A stretch of DNA of 64,000 nucleotides from an uncultured Alphaproteobacteria bacterium (GCA_963736355.1 CAVTOO010000002.1:257146-321145), one strand, 5' to 3'; positions 48,026-59,456 are shown, counted from the stretch's first letter. Notes: generated by a model not told the origin, from the letters alone. A program made the numbers and translations.

Positions 48026-49525
48026 TTAGATCGTCTGGTTGTAGGCGCCGACCTCGGGATGGTTACGCAAAACTGAATCCATCGCCTTGAACATGTCGCG
48101 CATCCGACCATCAGACACCGGGCTTTCGACCACGACGACCAACTCGGGCTTGTTCGACGACGCCCGCACCAGCCCCCAGCTGCCGTCCTCGACCGTGACG
48201 CGCACGCCGTTGACGGTGACGAGATCGCGGATGGACTGACCGGCGACCTTTTCGCCCTTCTTCTGAGCCTCTTCGAAGTGCTTCACGACCTTCTCGACGA
48301 TGCCGTATTTGGTCTCGTCGGCGCAATGCGGCGACATGGTCGGCGACGACCAGGTCTTGGGCAGATCGTTCTTGAGATCGGCCATGGTCTTTTGCGGATT
48401 GCGGTCGAGCATGTCGCAGATCGCGAGCGCCGATACGAGCCCGTCGTCGAAGCCGCGCCCGAACGGCGCGTTGAAGAAAAAGTGACCGGACTTCTCGAAG
48501 CCGGCCAGCGCGCCCAACTCGTGCGTGCGGCGCTTCATGTAGGAATGGCCGGTTTTCCAGTAGGACGCTTTGGCGCCCTGCTTCGCCAGCACCGGATCGG
48601 TCATGAACAGACCGGTGGATTTCACATCGACGACGAAGACGGCGTCCTTGTGCAGGCTCGACATGTAGCGCGCCAGCATGACGCCGACCTTGTCGGCGAA
48701 AATCTCCTCGCCGGTGTTGTCGACCACGCCGCAGCGATCGCCGTCGCCGTCGAAACCGAGGCCGACATCGGCCTTGTTCTGCAGCACCGCATCGCGGATC
48801 GCGTGCAGCATCTCCATGTCTTCAGGATTCGGATTGTATTTCGGGAAGGTGTAATCGAGCTCGCAATCGAGCGGGATGACCTCGCAGCCGATCGCTTCCA
48901 GCACCTTGGGCGCGAAGGCGCCGGCGGTGCCGTTGCCGCAGGCGCAGACGACTTTGAGGCGGCGCGTGAGCTTGGGACGATCGGTGAGATCGGCCATGTA
49001 GCGCGTCGGAAAATCCTGCACGAAGTGATAGGAGCCGCCGCCGCGCAGATCGAATTTCGCGTTCAGCACGATCTCCTTCAGCCGTGTCATTTCCTCCGGG
49101 CCAAAGGTCAGCGGGCGGTTCGCGCCCATCTTCACGCCGGTCCAGCCATTGTCGTTGTGCGAAGCCGTGACCATGGCAACGCACGGCACGTCGAGTTCGA
49201 ATTGCGCGAAATAGGCCATCGGCGTCACCGCGAGGCCAATGTCGTGCACCTTGCAGCCGGCGGCCAGCAGGCCGGAAATCAGCGAATACTTGATCGACGA
49301 CGAATAGGAACGGTAGTCGTGACCGGTGACGATCTCGGGCTTGATGCCCATTTCGCGGATCATGGTGCCGAGCCCCATGCCCAGCGCCTGAATCCCCATC
49401 AGGTTGATTTCCTTGCCGAACAGCCAGCGCGCGTCGTACTCGCGAAAGCCCGTGGCTTTGACCAGCGGCTCGGCCTCATAGGCATAGGTATTCGGCGTCA
49501 GATTGGCCTGCGGCTTGGGAAACAT
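48026..49525 (-). CDS. phosphomannomutase/phosphoglucomutase
   Basis: 499 aa. It has the active-site loop MVTASHNDNGWTG, the metal loop GFDGDGDRCG, and GFEKSGHFFF. Confidence 0.9.
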   Translation of the reverse strand: MFPKPQANLTPNTYAYEAEPLVKATGFREYDARWLFGKEINLMGIQALGMGLGTMIREMGIKPEIVTGHDYRSYSSSIKYSLISGLLAAGCKVHDIGLAVTPMAYFAQFELDVPCVAMVTASHNDNGWTGVKMGANRPLTFGPEEMTRLKEIVLNAKFDLRGGGSYHFVQDFPTRYMADLTDRPKLTRRLKVVCACGNGTAGAFAPKVLEAIGCEVIPLDCELDYTFPKYNPNPEDMEMLHAIRDAVLQNKADVGLGFDGDGDRCGVVDNTGEEIFADKVGVMLARYMSSLHKDAVFVVDVKSTGLFMTDPVLAKQGAKASYWKTGHSYMKRRTHELGALAGFEKSGHFFFNAPFGRGFDDGLVSALAICDMLDRNPQKTMADLKNDLPKTWSSPTMSPHCADETKYGIVEKVVKHFEEAQKKGEKVAGQSIRDLVTVNGVRVTVEDGSWGLVRASSNKPELVVVVESPVSDGRMRDMFKAMDSVLRNHPEVGAYNQTI

Positions 49526-49642
49526 TTTAAGGGAGCTCCGGGTGCGGACGTGGCTTCTCGCGGCCGCGACGCGGCTGGCCTGCGATCAACCGTCACAATG
49601 CGTCAGAATGTTGAAGGAAAGCCTGCGAAGGGAGCTTTATTA

Positions 49643-49690
49643 AAGCACGGCCTTTTCAGAAAACCCGTCCGGGCCTTCCGGGTCGTGCTT
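49643..49690. repeat. ~48-bp palindromic intergenic repeat, copy B (divergent)
   Basis: The sequence is AAGCACGGCCTTTTCAGAAAACCCGTCCGGGCCTTCCGGGTCGTGCTT. Confidence 0.55.
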
Positions 49691-50216
49691 ATTGCTCCAA
49701 CACCAGCCTGGAGCCGGCGAACTCGTAGCGCTTGAGCTTGGAGAGGAAGGACAGGCCGAGCAGGTTCTCGGACAGGGCGCCCTCCGGCAGGACCAGCGCA
49801 TCGACGTCGCGAACCATCAGGCCGCCGATTTCGACATTGGTCAGCCGGGTGCGCGCGGCCTTCACCGTGCCATTGGCGGTGGAGACGTTGACGTCATATT
49901 CCGAGCGCATCGGGCGCACGCCGATACGGGCTGCATCCTGCGCCGTGAGCGCAATCACCGAAGCGCCGGTATCGACCATGAAACTGAGATTGCGGCCGGC
50001 AACGCGTCCGTCCACCTGAAAATGACCGCGGCGATTCTTTTCGACCGTCAGCGTGCGGGGGCCCGCAGCACGGTTGCTGCTCGCTGCGGCGGGAACCATC
50101 GGAGCGGTCGATGCGACCTGAACCGATGCCGGCTTGGAGTCCATGCGATCGGCCATCTTGGCCATCATGACGCCAACGCCAATCAGAACCGCTGCAAAAA
50201 TCAGAATGTTTTTCAT
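49689..50216 (-). CDS. retropepsin-like (clan AA) aspartic protease, TIGR02281-like, membrane-anchored
   Basis: It has an N-terminal TM segment, then RRGHFQVDGRVAGRNLSFMVDTGASVIALT, which carries the DTG active site. Confidence 0.8.
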   Translation of the reverse strand: MKNILIFAAVLIGVGVMMAKMADRMDSKPASVQVASTAPMVPAAASSNRAAGPRTLTVEKNRRGHFQVDGRVAGRNLSFMVDTGASVIALTAQDAARIGVRPMRSEYDVNVSTANGTVKAARTRLTNVEIGGLMVRDVDALVLPEGALSENLLGLSFLSKLKRYEFAGSRLVLEQ

Positions 50217-50344
50217 AACGCCCCTGCTTTTACGCGTACTTGAACGCCATCACACCACAGGACCGCTACGACCAAGTCGCGCACGCCGGGGCACCGGTGT
50301 TATTTCCGCGAAAACAGTGACCAGAGAGTTAATTCGGCGTGAGG

Positions 50345-52825
50345 CTAGGTGCCACGCGGCTTGGCGCGGCGCGTCGGAGCGGCGTGAGCCGGGTCATCCG
50401 GCCAGGGATGGCGCGGATAACGCCCGCGCAGATCGGCGCGGACGGCCGCATAAGCAGCCGCTCCAGAAGCCGGGCAGGTCGCGCGTCACCTGCACCGGGC
50501 GATGCGCGGGCGACAGCAATTCCACGACCAGCGGCACCCGGCCGCGCGCGATGGAGGGATGCTGCGAAAGCCCGAACATTTCCTGCACACGCACGGAAAT
50601 TTTCGGACCCTCGGACGCGTCATAATCAATCGCGATCATCGAGCCGGTCGGCACCTCGAAATGCGTCGGCGCCTCGCGATCGAGCCGCGCGCGCAATTCA
50701 TACGGCATCAATGCCATGACAGCGTCCGACAGATCGCCGGCAGAGATCGCGGCCGCCGAAGTCTTGTCGTAAAGCGCGGGCACCAGCCAGTCATCGAGCT
50801 TCGCGGCGAGTGCCGCGTCGGACAGATCCGGCCATTCATCGCCTTCGGCCTTGCGCAGAAACATGACGCGATCGCGCCATTGCAGCAGCGGCTTCGACCA
50901 TGGCAGGCGATCGAGACCCGAATCCGCGAGCCCTTGCGCCAGCACGATGGCCGTCTCCGCAGACGGCGCGACCGCAAGCGGCTGCTCGGCCAGAACCATC
51001 GCGCCGAAGCGACGGCGGCGACGCGCGCGCAACGCCCGCGAGGTTGTATCGAAGGTGAGATCGTCGGTCGCCTCGATGCGATCTCCGAAATGATGCTCGA
51101 TATCGGCGAGCTTGAGCGGCGCGGCGAGCAGAATACGCCCTTGAGCCGCGGTGCCGGCAATCTCCGCAACCGCCAGAAACGGTTCGCGCGCCAATGACGA
51201 CGCCGCATCGACGGACGCACCGCGACCGTTGACCAGCGTGAAGGCGCCATTGCCGCGCCCGCGCGCGATACGGTCCGGATAGGCCAGCGCGAGCAGGACA
51301 CCATTTTCCATCGGCTCGGCGTCGCGCGGCGGCGGCTCGGAACTCGCAACCTGTGCGGCGAAACGTCCGGCCATCTGGCGCGCGCTTAAGGCACGCGGCG
51401 ACCGGTCACGCCGCAGATTGTCGCGACGGATATCCAGATCGACGCTGTCGCCGCCAAGGCCGCGCTCGGTGAGCAAAACTGCGATCTCGGCCGCGACCGA
51501 CCCGCTGCCTGCGCGATTGGCATCGACGATGAGACGCGCGAGACGCGGCGGCAGAGGCAGCGCGCGCAGACTGCGGCCCTCCGCCGTGATGCGCCCGTCG
51601 GCATCAATGGCACCGAGTTCGCGCAGCAGATTGCGCGCTTCGTTCAACGCGGGCGCGGGCGGCGCATCGAGAAAGGCGAGCATGGCCGGATCACTGACAC
51701 CCCATTGCGCCAGATCGAGCACCAGCGACGACAGATCGGCAGACAGAATTTCGGGACGCGTGAACGCATCCAGCGATGCCGTCTGCGGTTCGTCCCACAG
51801 ACGATAGCAAACGCCGGGTTCGGTGCGGCCCGCGCGGCCACGCCTTTGGTCCACCGCCGCGCGCGAGGCGCGCACGGTCTCCAGCCGCGTCAAACCAACG
51901 TCGGGCTCGTAACGCGGCACGCGCGCCAGCCCGCAATCGACGACAACGCGCACGCCCTCGATGGTGAGCGAGGTTTCGGCAATCGACGTCGCCAGCACAG
52001 CCTTGCGCCGTCCCGCCGGCGACGGGCTGATCGCGCGATCCTGATCGCCGAAATCCAGCGCGCCGAACAGCGGCACGATATCGACCGACGGATCGCTGAT
52101 GCGCTCGGCCAGCATCGTCTGCGTGCGGCGGATTTCGGCCGCGCCCGGCAGGAACGCGAGCACCGAGCCCGTCTCGGCGCGCAGCGCCTGCGCGATGGCC
52201 TCCGCCATCTGGCGTTCCATCGGCGCATCCGGTTTGCGCGCCGAGATAGCGGGTCTCGACATCGAAGGCGCGGCCTTCGCTCTCGACGACCGGCGCGCCA
52301 CCGAGGACCGCCGACACACGCGCACCATCGAGCGTCGCCGACATCACCAGCAGGCGCAAATCCTCGCGCAGGGCGCCCTGGACATCGCGCGCAAGCGCGA
52401 GCCCCAGATCCGCATCGAGCGAACGCTCATGAAATTCGTCGAACAGAACGGCGGCCGACACCCGACAGCTCCGGGTCATCCATGATCTGCCGCGTGAAAA
52501 TTCCCTCGGTGACGACTTCGATGCGGGTCGCCTTGGAAATTTTCGAGCCGAAGCGCACGCGATAGCCGACCCTCTCGCCCGCTTTCTCACCGAGCGTCCT
52601 GGCCATGCGCTCGGCGGCGGCGCGCGCGGCCAGACGCCTCGGCTCCAGCACGATGATCTTGCGGCCTTGAACCCAGGGCTCATCGAGCAGCGCCAGCGGC
52701 ACGCGCGTGGTCTTGCCTGCGCCCGGCGGCGCGACAAGCACGGCCGTGCGTCCGCCGCGCAGCGTCTGCGCCAGACGGTCGAGGACGGCATCGATGGGAA
52801 GCGGTGTGTCGAAGCGGAGAGTCAT
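50345..52825 (-). pseudogene. hrpB: ATP-dependent RNA helicase HrpB, about 3 frameshifts
   Basis: It has an N-terminal Walker A ([12 protein letters not shown]), then DEFHERS in a second frame, then the long body. The C-terminal [26 protein letters not shown] is in a fourth frame. The shifts lie at about 52445, about 52255 and about 50465. Confidence 0.8.
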
Positions 52826-52842
52826 TTCAGGCCATCAGCATC

Positions 52843-52928
52843 CGTCATTGCCGGGCTTGACCCGGCAATCCATCTTACATGAACCTTCCTGAAGAAGATG
52901 GATGCCCGGATCAAGTCCGGGCATGACG
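52843..52928. repeat. compound inverted repeat (REP/MITE-like), about 34-nt arms
   Basis: The left arm is CGTCATTGCCGGGCTTGACCCGGCAATCCATCTT. The reverse complement of the right arm is CGTCATGCCCGGACTTGATCCGGGCATCCATCTT. Each arm is itself a hairpin. Confidence 0.7.
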
Positions 52929-52950
52929 CCGAGTATGATTGCCGTCGTCG

Positions 52951-52972
52951 CTCTCCCCGTAAACGGGGAGAG
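52951..52972. repeat. hairpin CTCTCCCCG-taaa-CGGGGAGAG
   Basis: It has a perfect 9-bp stem and lies just 3' of ugd. It may act as a terminator. Confidence 0.45.
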
Positions 52973-52986
52973 GTGGAAAAAGCGCG

Positions 52987-54306
52987 TCACACCACCGGCT
53001 TGGACGGGCGGCCGACGCTCTCATAGAGGAAGCCGCGCGCCGCCATTTCATCCGGGCGGTAGATGTTGCGCAGATCGACGATCACCGGATGGGTCATCAT
53101 CTCTTTCAGCCGGTCGAGATCGAGCGCGCGGAATTCTTCCCATTCGGTGACGATGACCAGCGCGTCGGCGCCGTCGGCGCATTCATACGGCCCTTCGCGA
53201 ATATCGAGGTCCGGCATCTCGATCAGCGCCTGATGCTTGCCGGCGGGATCGTAGGCGCGGACGGTGGCGCCGAGGTCCTTCAGCGCGGTGATCAGCGGGA
53301 TCGACGGCGCCTCGCGCATGTCGTCGGTGTTGGGCTTGAAGGTGAGACCGAGCACGCCGACCGTCTTGCCGCGCAGATTGCCGCCGAACGCATTGGCGAC
53401 CTTGCGCGCCATCGCGCGCTTGCGGTTGTCGTTGACGGACAGGACGGATTCCACGATGCGCAGCGGCACGTCGTAATCCTGCGCCGTCTTGACCAGCGCG
53501 CGCGTATCCTTGGGGAAGCACGACCCGCCGAAACCCGGACCGGCATGGAGGAACTTCGATCCGATGCGATTGTCGAGACCGATGCCGCGCGCGACTTCCT
53601 GCACATCGGCGCCGACCTTCTCGGCGAGATCCGCGATCTCGTTGATGAAGGTGATCTTCACGGCGAGGAACGCGTTGGCGGCGTATTTGATCAGCTCCGC
53701 GGTGCGTCGCGACGTGTACATGATCGGCGCCTGATTGAGATACAGCGGACGGTAGACTTCCGCGAGCGCACGGCGGCCGCGCTCGTCGTCGGTGCCGACC
53801 ACGATGCGATCGGGATGCTTGAAGTCGCGGATCGCCGCGCCTTCGCGCAGGAATTCGGGATTGGACGCCACCACCACATCCGCCTTCGGATTGGCGCCAC
53901 GGATCATACGCTCGACCTCGTCGCCGGTGCCGACCGGAACGGTCGATTTGGTGACGACGACGGTGAAGCCCTCGAGCGCGGCTGCGATCTCGACCGCGGC
54001 GGCATAGACGTAGCTCAGGTCGGCATGACCGTCGCCACGGCGCGAGGGCGTGCCGACCGCGATGAACACCGCATCGGCCTCGCGCACGGCGGGGGCGAGA
54101 TCGGTGGTGAAATCGAGCCGCTTGGCGCGAACATTGGTTTCGACGAGGCGCTCAAGATCGGGCTCGTAGATCGGAATCTCGCCGCGCTTGAGCGCCGCGA
54201 TTTTCGTCTCGTCCTTGTCGACGCAGGTGACGTGATGCCCGAAATCGGCAAAACAGGCGCCGGACACAAGGCCGACATAGCCGGTGCCGATCATCGCAAT
54301 CCGCAT
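52987..54306 (-). CDS. ugd: UDP-glucose 6-dehydrogenase
   Basis: 439 aa. It has MRIAMIGTGYVGLVSGACFA (Rossmann fold) and GFGGSCFPKD (catalytic Cys). Confidence 0.92.
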   Translation of the reverse strand: MRIAMIGTGYVGLVSGACFADFGHHVTCVDKDETKIAALKRGEIPIYEPDLERLVETNVRAKRLDFTTDLAPAVREADAVFIAVGTPSRRGDGHADLSYVYAAAVEIAAALEGFTVVVTKSTVPVGTGDEVERMIRGANPKADVVVASNPEFLREGAAIRDFKHPDRIVVGTDDERGRRALAEVYRPLYLNQAPIMYTSRRTAELIKYAANAFLAVKITFINEIADLAEKVGADVQEVARGIGLDNRIGSKFLHAGPGFGGSCFPKDTRALVKTAQDYDVPLRIVESVLSVNDNRKRAMARKVANAFGGNLRGKTVGVLGLTFKPNTDDMREAPSIPLITALKDLGATVRAYDPAGKHQALIEMPDLDIREGPYECADGADALVIVTEWEEFRALDLDRLKEMMTHPVIVDLRNIYRPDEMAARGFLYESVGRPSKPVV

Positions 54307-54554
54307 GTTTAAGTCCCAACCATGGTTAACGCGCCCGCCAGTCCCTTCAGGCGTCGTAGCGCAGCTTTGGAAAAAGGGGAACCCGGCTTGAGCCCTTGCG
54401 TGCCTATTGAAGCAGCGATTGGGCGAAAAGCACGTCCGATCGGTAATCGGCGGTAAAATATTCGCCTCAAACCGGCATGTTATTTGCTGCGATCAATAAG
54501 ACAGAAACATATAGCACCGATAGTGCCGCTGAACTGCCTCGGAAAGGCACAGCC

Positions 54555-55619
54555 ATGACTTCTTCTGATACCACGCTTCCGTTGGGCGCACCGCGCATCG
54601 ACTGGGTCGACTACGCCAAGGGCTTCTGCATCGTCATGGTGGTGATGATGCATTCGACGCTCGGCGTCGAAGCGGCGGCCGGCCGAGACCGGCTGCATGC
54701 ATGCGCTCGTCGCCTTCGCCAAGCCGTTCCGCATGCCCGACTTCTTCCTGATCTCCGGTCTGTTCCTGGCGCGCGTCATCGACCGCGACTGGCGGACCTA
54801 TCTCGACCGCAAGGTCGTCCACTTCGTCTATTTCTATGTGCTGTGGGTGACGATCCAGTTCGTCTTCAAGGCGCCGGCCTTCGCGGCCGAAGGGCGGCGC
54901 GACGAAGTCGTGCAGCTGTATCTCGAATCCTTCATCGAGCCGTTCGGCACGCTGTGGTTCATCTATCTGCTGCCGATCTTCTTCGTCGTCACCAAGCTGA
55001 CACGCAGCGTTCCCGTCGCCGTCATGCTCTGGCTCGTCGGCGCGCGCGCTCGAGATCGCGCCGATCGACACCGGCTGGACCGTGATCGACGAGTTCGCCG
55101 CGCCGCTTCGTCTATTTCTACACCGGCTATGTGTTCGCGGCGCGCATCTTCGCGCTTCGCCGACGTGGTGCAGCGGCGATGCCGCGGCGGCGCTGGCCGG
55201 GCTTGCCGTCTGGGCGGTGCTCAACGGCGCGCTGGTGTTCGCCGGCTGTCCGCGAACTGCCGTTCGTGTCGCTCGGCGCTCGGCTTCGTCGGCGCCGCCG
55301 CGGTCGTCGCGGTGTCGGCGCTGCTGGCGCAAGCTGCGACTGGTCGATCGCGCTGCGCTATTGCGGCGAGACATTCGATCGTCATCTATCTCGCCTTCTT
55401 CCTGCCGATGGCGGCGACGCCGCACGCTGCTGCTCAAGACCGGGATCATTCCCGATCATCGGCACGGTCTCGCTGATCGTCACCGCGGCCGGCGTCGTCG
55501 GCGCGCTGGCGATGTGGTGGGCGGCGCGCGGCACGCGGCTCGACTTCCTGTTCGCGCCGCCCGGAGCGGTTCTGGATCGCGACCGGCCGCGGCGCTCGAG
55601 CCTGCAGCCGGCGGAATAA
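54555..55619 (+). pseudogene. acyltransferase family 3 (membrane O-acyltransferase), about 12 frameshifts
   Basis: It starts MTSSDTTLPLGAPRIDWVDYAKGFCIVMVVMMHS. The body can only be read by hopping +1 repeatedly: ...MHALVAFAKPFRMPDFFLISG..., ALEIAPIDTGWTVIDEFAA, RFVYFYTGYVFAARIFA, AAAALAGLAVWAVLNGALVFAG, LGFVGAAAVVAVSALLA, HSIVIYLAFFLPMAAT, IGTVSLIVTAAGVVGALAMWW. Confidence 0.75.
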
Positions 55620-55699
55620 CGCTTCTCAGATCGCGTCCGACGGCTGCGGGTAACGCCGGGACGGCGGGACGCGCGCATTGGGGGTGCCAAATCCGCCGC

Positions 55700-58600
55700 A
55701 TGAGCCGCTACATGTCGGCCATGAGACTCAACGCTGCCTGCAACCCCGTCCGCCTCAAGAAGGGCGACCACGTCTTTCTGGTCGACGGTTCGTCGCTACA
55801 TCTTCCGCGCCTATCACGCGCTGCCGCCGCTGACGCGCAAGTCCGACGGCCTGCAGCGTCAACGCCGTCGCCGGCTTCTGCAACATGCTGTGGAAGCTGT
55901 TGCGCGACATGACGCCAAGGACGAAGCGGCCGACGCATCTGGCGGTCGTGTTCGACAAGTCGGAGAAGACGTTCCGCAACGAGCTCTATCCGGACTACAA
56001 GGCGCACCGCCCGGACGCGCCGGCCGATCTGATTCCGCAATTCCCGCTGATCCGCGAGGCGGTGCACGCCTTCGACCTGCCCTGCATCGAGCAGGGCGGC
56101 TTCGAGGCCGACGACCTGATCGCGACCTATGCGCGCGAGGCGCTGCGAGGCGCGGCGCCACCGTCACCATCGTCGTCGTCCGACAAGGACCTGATGCAGC
56201 TCGTCAACGACTGCGTCGTCATGTACGACACCATGAAGGACAAGACGCATCGGCCTCGCCGAGGTGATCGAGAAATTCGGCGTGCCGCCCGAGAAGGTCA
56301 TCGAGGTGCAGGCGCTGATCGGCGACAGCGTCGACAACGTGCCGGGCGTGCCCGGCATCGGCGTCAAGACGGCGGCGCAGCTGATCACCGAGTATGGCGA
56401 TCTCGAAACGCTGCTTGAAGCGCGCGCCCGAGATCAAGCAGCCGAAGCGCCGCGAGACGCTGATCGAAAATGCCGAGAAGGCGCGCCTCTCGAAGCAAGC
56501 TCGTCAGCTCGACGACCACGTGCCGCTCGACGTGCCGCTCGACGACCTGGCGGTGCATGAGCCCGACGCGCGCAAGCTGATCGCCTTCCTCAAGGCGATG
56601 GAGTTCACGACGCTGACGCGGCGCGTCGCCGACTATTCGCAGTCGACACCGGCGCAGATCGAGCCGGACACGCGGCTGATGGCCGGCGTCGCCGTCGTCT
56701 CCGGTCAAGCTCGCGGACGCCGGCGATCTGTTCGGCAATGCCGATACGGGCACACCCACGGCCGACAAGGCGAGACGGAGCCGCGCCTGCGGCGGCCGAT
56801 GCCAAGAGCGGCCAGTCGACGCCGGCGGATGGCGCGTTGACGCCGCAGGCGCTGGCCGAGGCGCGGCAGGAGACGGCGCGCAACACGCCGTTCGACCGCA
56901 GCAAATACGACACCGTCCGCACGCTCGCCGGCTCGAAGAACTGGATCGCGCGCGCGCGCGACGCCGGCCTCGTCGCCATCGACACCGAGACGACCAGCCT
57001 CGATCCGATGCAGGCGGAGCTGTGCGGCTTCTCGCTGGCGCTCGCGCCGAACGAGGCCTGCTACGTGCCGCTGGTCCACCGGACCGGCGGCGACGGCTCG
57101 GGGCTGTTCGCCGGCGGCGCGCGCGCCGGACCAGATCAAGGCCGACGGACGCGCTCGCGGCGCTGAAGCCGCTGCTGGAGGACGCCGAGCGTCCTCAAGA
57201 TCGGGCAGAACCTCAAGTTCGACCTGCAGATCTTCGCCCAGCACGGCATCACGCATCGCGCCCTCGACGACACGATGCTGATGTCCTACGTGCTCGACGC
57301 CGGCCGCACCGGCCACGGCATGGATGCGCTGTCGGAGATGCTTCCTCGGCCACAAGCCGATCCACTTCGACGACGTCGACCGGCACCGGCAAGGCGCAGC
57401 GTCACGCTTCGACCAGGTGCGCGATCGACAAGGCGACCGAATATGCCGCCGAGGACGCCGACGTCACGCTGCGGCTGTGGCTGGTGCTGAAAGCCGCGGC
57501 TCGTCGCCGAGCAGCATGACGACGGTCTACGAGACGCTGGAGCGGCCGCTGGTGCCGGTGCTGGCGCGCATGGAGCGGCGCGGCATCTCCATCGACCGGC
57601 AGGTGCTGTCGCGCCTGTCCGGCGAGTTCGCGCAGGCGGCGGCGCGGCTCGAGGACGAGATCCACGAGCTCGCCGGCGAGCCGCTCAATCTCGGCAGCCC
57701 CAAGCAGCTCGGCGACATCCTGTTCGGCAAGATGGGCCTGCCCGGCGGCACCAAGACCAAGACCGGCGCCTGGTCGACGTCGGCGTCGCGTGCTCGAAGA
57801 CCTCGCCGAGCAGGGCCACGAACTGCCGCAGCAAGATTCTCGACTGGCGGCAGGTCGCCGAAGCTGAAATCGACCTACACCGATGCGCTGCCGGCCTACG
57901 TCAATCCGCAGACGCACCGCGTGCACACCTGCTACGCGCTGGCCGCGACGACGACCGGCCGGCTGTCGTCGTCCGATCCGAACCTGCAGAACATCCCGAT
58001 CCGCACCGAGGAAGGCCGCAAGATCCGCCACGCCTTCGTCGCCGACGCCGGGCCACAAGCTCGTCTCGGCCGACTATTCGCAGATCGAACTGCGGCTGCT
58101 CGCCGAGATCGCCGACATCCCGCCGCTCAAGCAGGCGTTCCGCGACGGCCTCGACATTCACGCCATGACGGCGTCGGAAATGTTCGGCGTGCCGGTCAAG
58201 GACATGCCGGGCGAAGTGCGCCGCCGCGCCAAGGCGATCAATTTCGGCATCATCTACGGCATCTCGGCCTTCGGCCTCGCCAACCAGCTCGGCATCCCGC
58301 GCGAGGAGGCCGGCGCCTACATCAAGAAATATTTCGAGCGCTTCCCCGGCATCCGCGACTACATGGAAGAGACCAAGGAGTTCTGCCGCGAGCACGGCTA
58401 TGTGGCGACGCTGTTCGGGCGCAAGTGCCATTACCCGGACATCAAGGCGCCGAACCCGTCGATCCGCGCCTTCAACGAGCGCGCCGCGATCAATGCGCCC
58501 CTGCAGGGCACCGCCGCCGACATCATCCGCCGCGCCATGATCCGCATGGACGAGGCGCTGGCGCGAAAGAAGCTCGGCGCGCAGATGCTGCTGCAGGTGC

Positions 58601-58758
58601 ACGACGAACTGGTCTTCGAGGTGCCGGAGAAGGAGGTCGAGAAGACGCTGCCGGTCGTCACGCAGGTGATGGAGGAGGCGCCGCTTCCCCGCCGCCGTCC
58701 TCGCGTGCCGCTGCAGGTCGACGCCCGCGCCGCCGACAACTGGGACGAGGCGCATTAG
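55700..58758 (+). pseudogene. polA: DNA polymerase I, more than 20 frameshifts in the first 2.3 kb
   Basis: All domains are recognisable but scattered over three frames. The 5' nuclease has KKGDHVFLVDGSS/YIFRAYHALPPLTRKSDGLQ/VNAVAGFCNMLWKLL and GATVTIV/SSDKDLMQLV. The 3'-5' exonuclease has VAIDTETTSLDP. The polymerase part ([36 protein letters not shown]) is intact only from about 58050. Confidence 0.85.
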
Positions 58759-58767
58759 GTCTCATTT

Positions 58768-58815
58768 GGTCGCATTTTCTGCGGAAAACCGGTGTCCACT
58801 TTCCTGAAAATGCTC
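58768..58815. repeat. ~48-bp palindromic intergenic repeat, copy C
   Basis: The sequence is GGTCGCATTTTCTGCGGAAAACCGGTGTCCACTTTCCTGAAAATGCTC. Confidence 0.6.
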
Positions 58816-58886
58816 CCGTCGCTTGTCAGCCGCATCCCCGCCATGGGATGAGGTTGACCTGCCGCTCTCACGCCGGAACCGCCACC

Positions 58887-59456
58887 GTGACCGATACCGC
58901 CAAATCCCGCGCCCGCCTTGCCGACATCATCCGCACGCGCTCGTTCGGGCGCGGCGAGATCACGCTCGCTTCGGGCCGCAAGAGCGACTTCTACTTCAAC
59001 CTCAAGCCGACCATGCTCGACCCGGAGGGCGCAGCGCTGCTCGCCGAACTGACGCTCGATGCGCTGAAGGCCGACAGGATCGACTATGTCGGCGGGCTGG
59101 AGATGGGCGCGGTGCCGATCGCCGGTGCGATTGCCCAGCTGTCCTGGATCAAGGGCACGCCGATCGCCGCCGTGTTCGTGCGCAAGAAGCCCAAGGAATA
59201 CGGCGCCAAGCTGTCGGTCGAAGGGCTGGCCAAGGGCGAGACGCTTGCGGGCAAGCGCGTCGTCGTGGTGGAAGATGTGACCACGACGGGCGGCTCGGCG
59301 CTCAAGGCCGTCGATGCCGTGCGCGATGCCGGCGGCGAGGTCGCGCTGGTTTTCACCATGGTCGATCGCGAAGAAGGGGCCGCGGATACGTTCAAGGACG
59401 CCGGGCTCACATTCCGCGCGCTGTTCACGGCGAAGGAATTCCTCGCCAAAAGCTGA
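58887..59456 (+). CDS. pyrE: orotate phosphoribosyltransferase
   Basis: The GTG start is at 58887. It reads [21 protein letters not shown], and [13 protein letters not shown] is the PRPP loop. The protein is 189 aa. Confidence 0.88.
   Translation: MTDTAKSRARLADIIRTRSFGRGEITLASGRKSDFYFNLKPTMLDPEGAALLAELTLDALKADRIDYVGGLEMGAVPIAGAIAQLSWIKGTPIAAVFVRKKPKEYGAKLSVEGLAKGETLAGKRVVVVEDVTTTGGSALKAVDAVRDAGGEVALVFTMVDREEGAADTFKDAGLTFRALFTAKEFLAKS

Noticed and set aside
54684-58045. Biological recoding (serial +1 ribosomal frameshifting or RNA editing) as the explanation for the insertion hot zone
   Set aside because: It would require more than 30 independent recoding events at non-conserved, non-slippery contexts in polA and a neighbouring gene. 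No such system is known in bacteria. A sequencing or assembly artefact is much more likely, although I cannot prove it from the sequence alone.
57324-59456. 710-aa ORF that appears to fuse polA sequence with pyrE
   Set aside because: Only short stretches are in the true polA frame. The pyrE part has its own GTG start at 58887. The fusion is a by-product of the frame hops and the absence of stops in GC-rich DNA.
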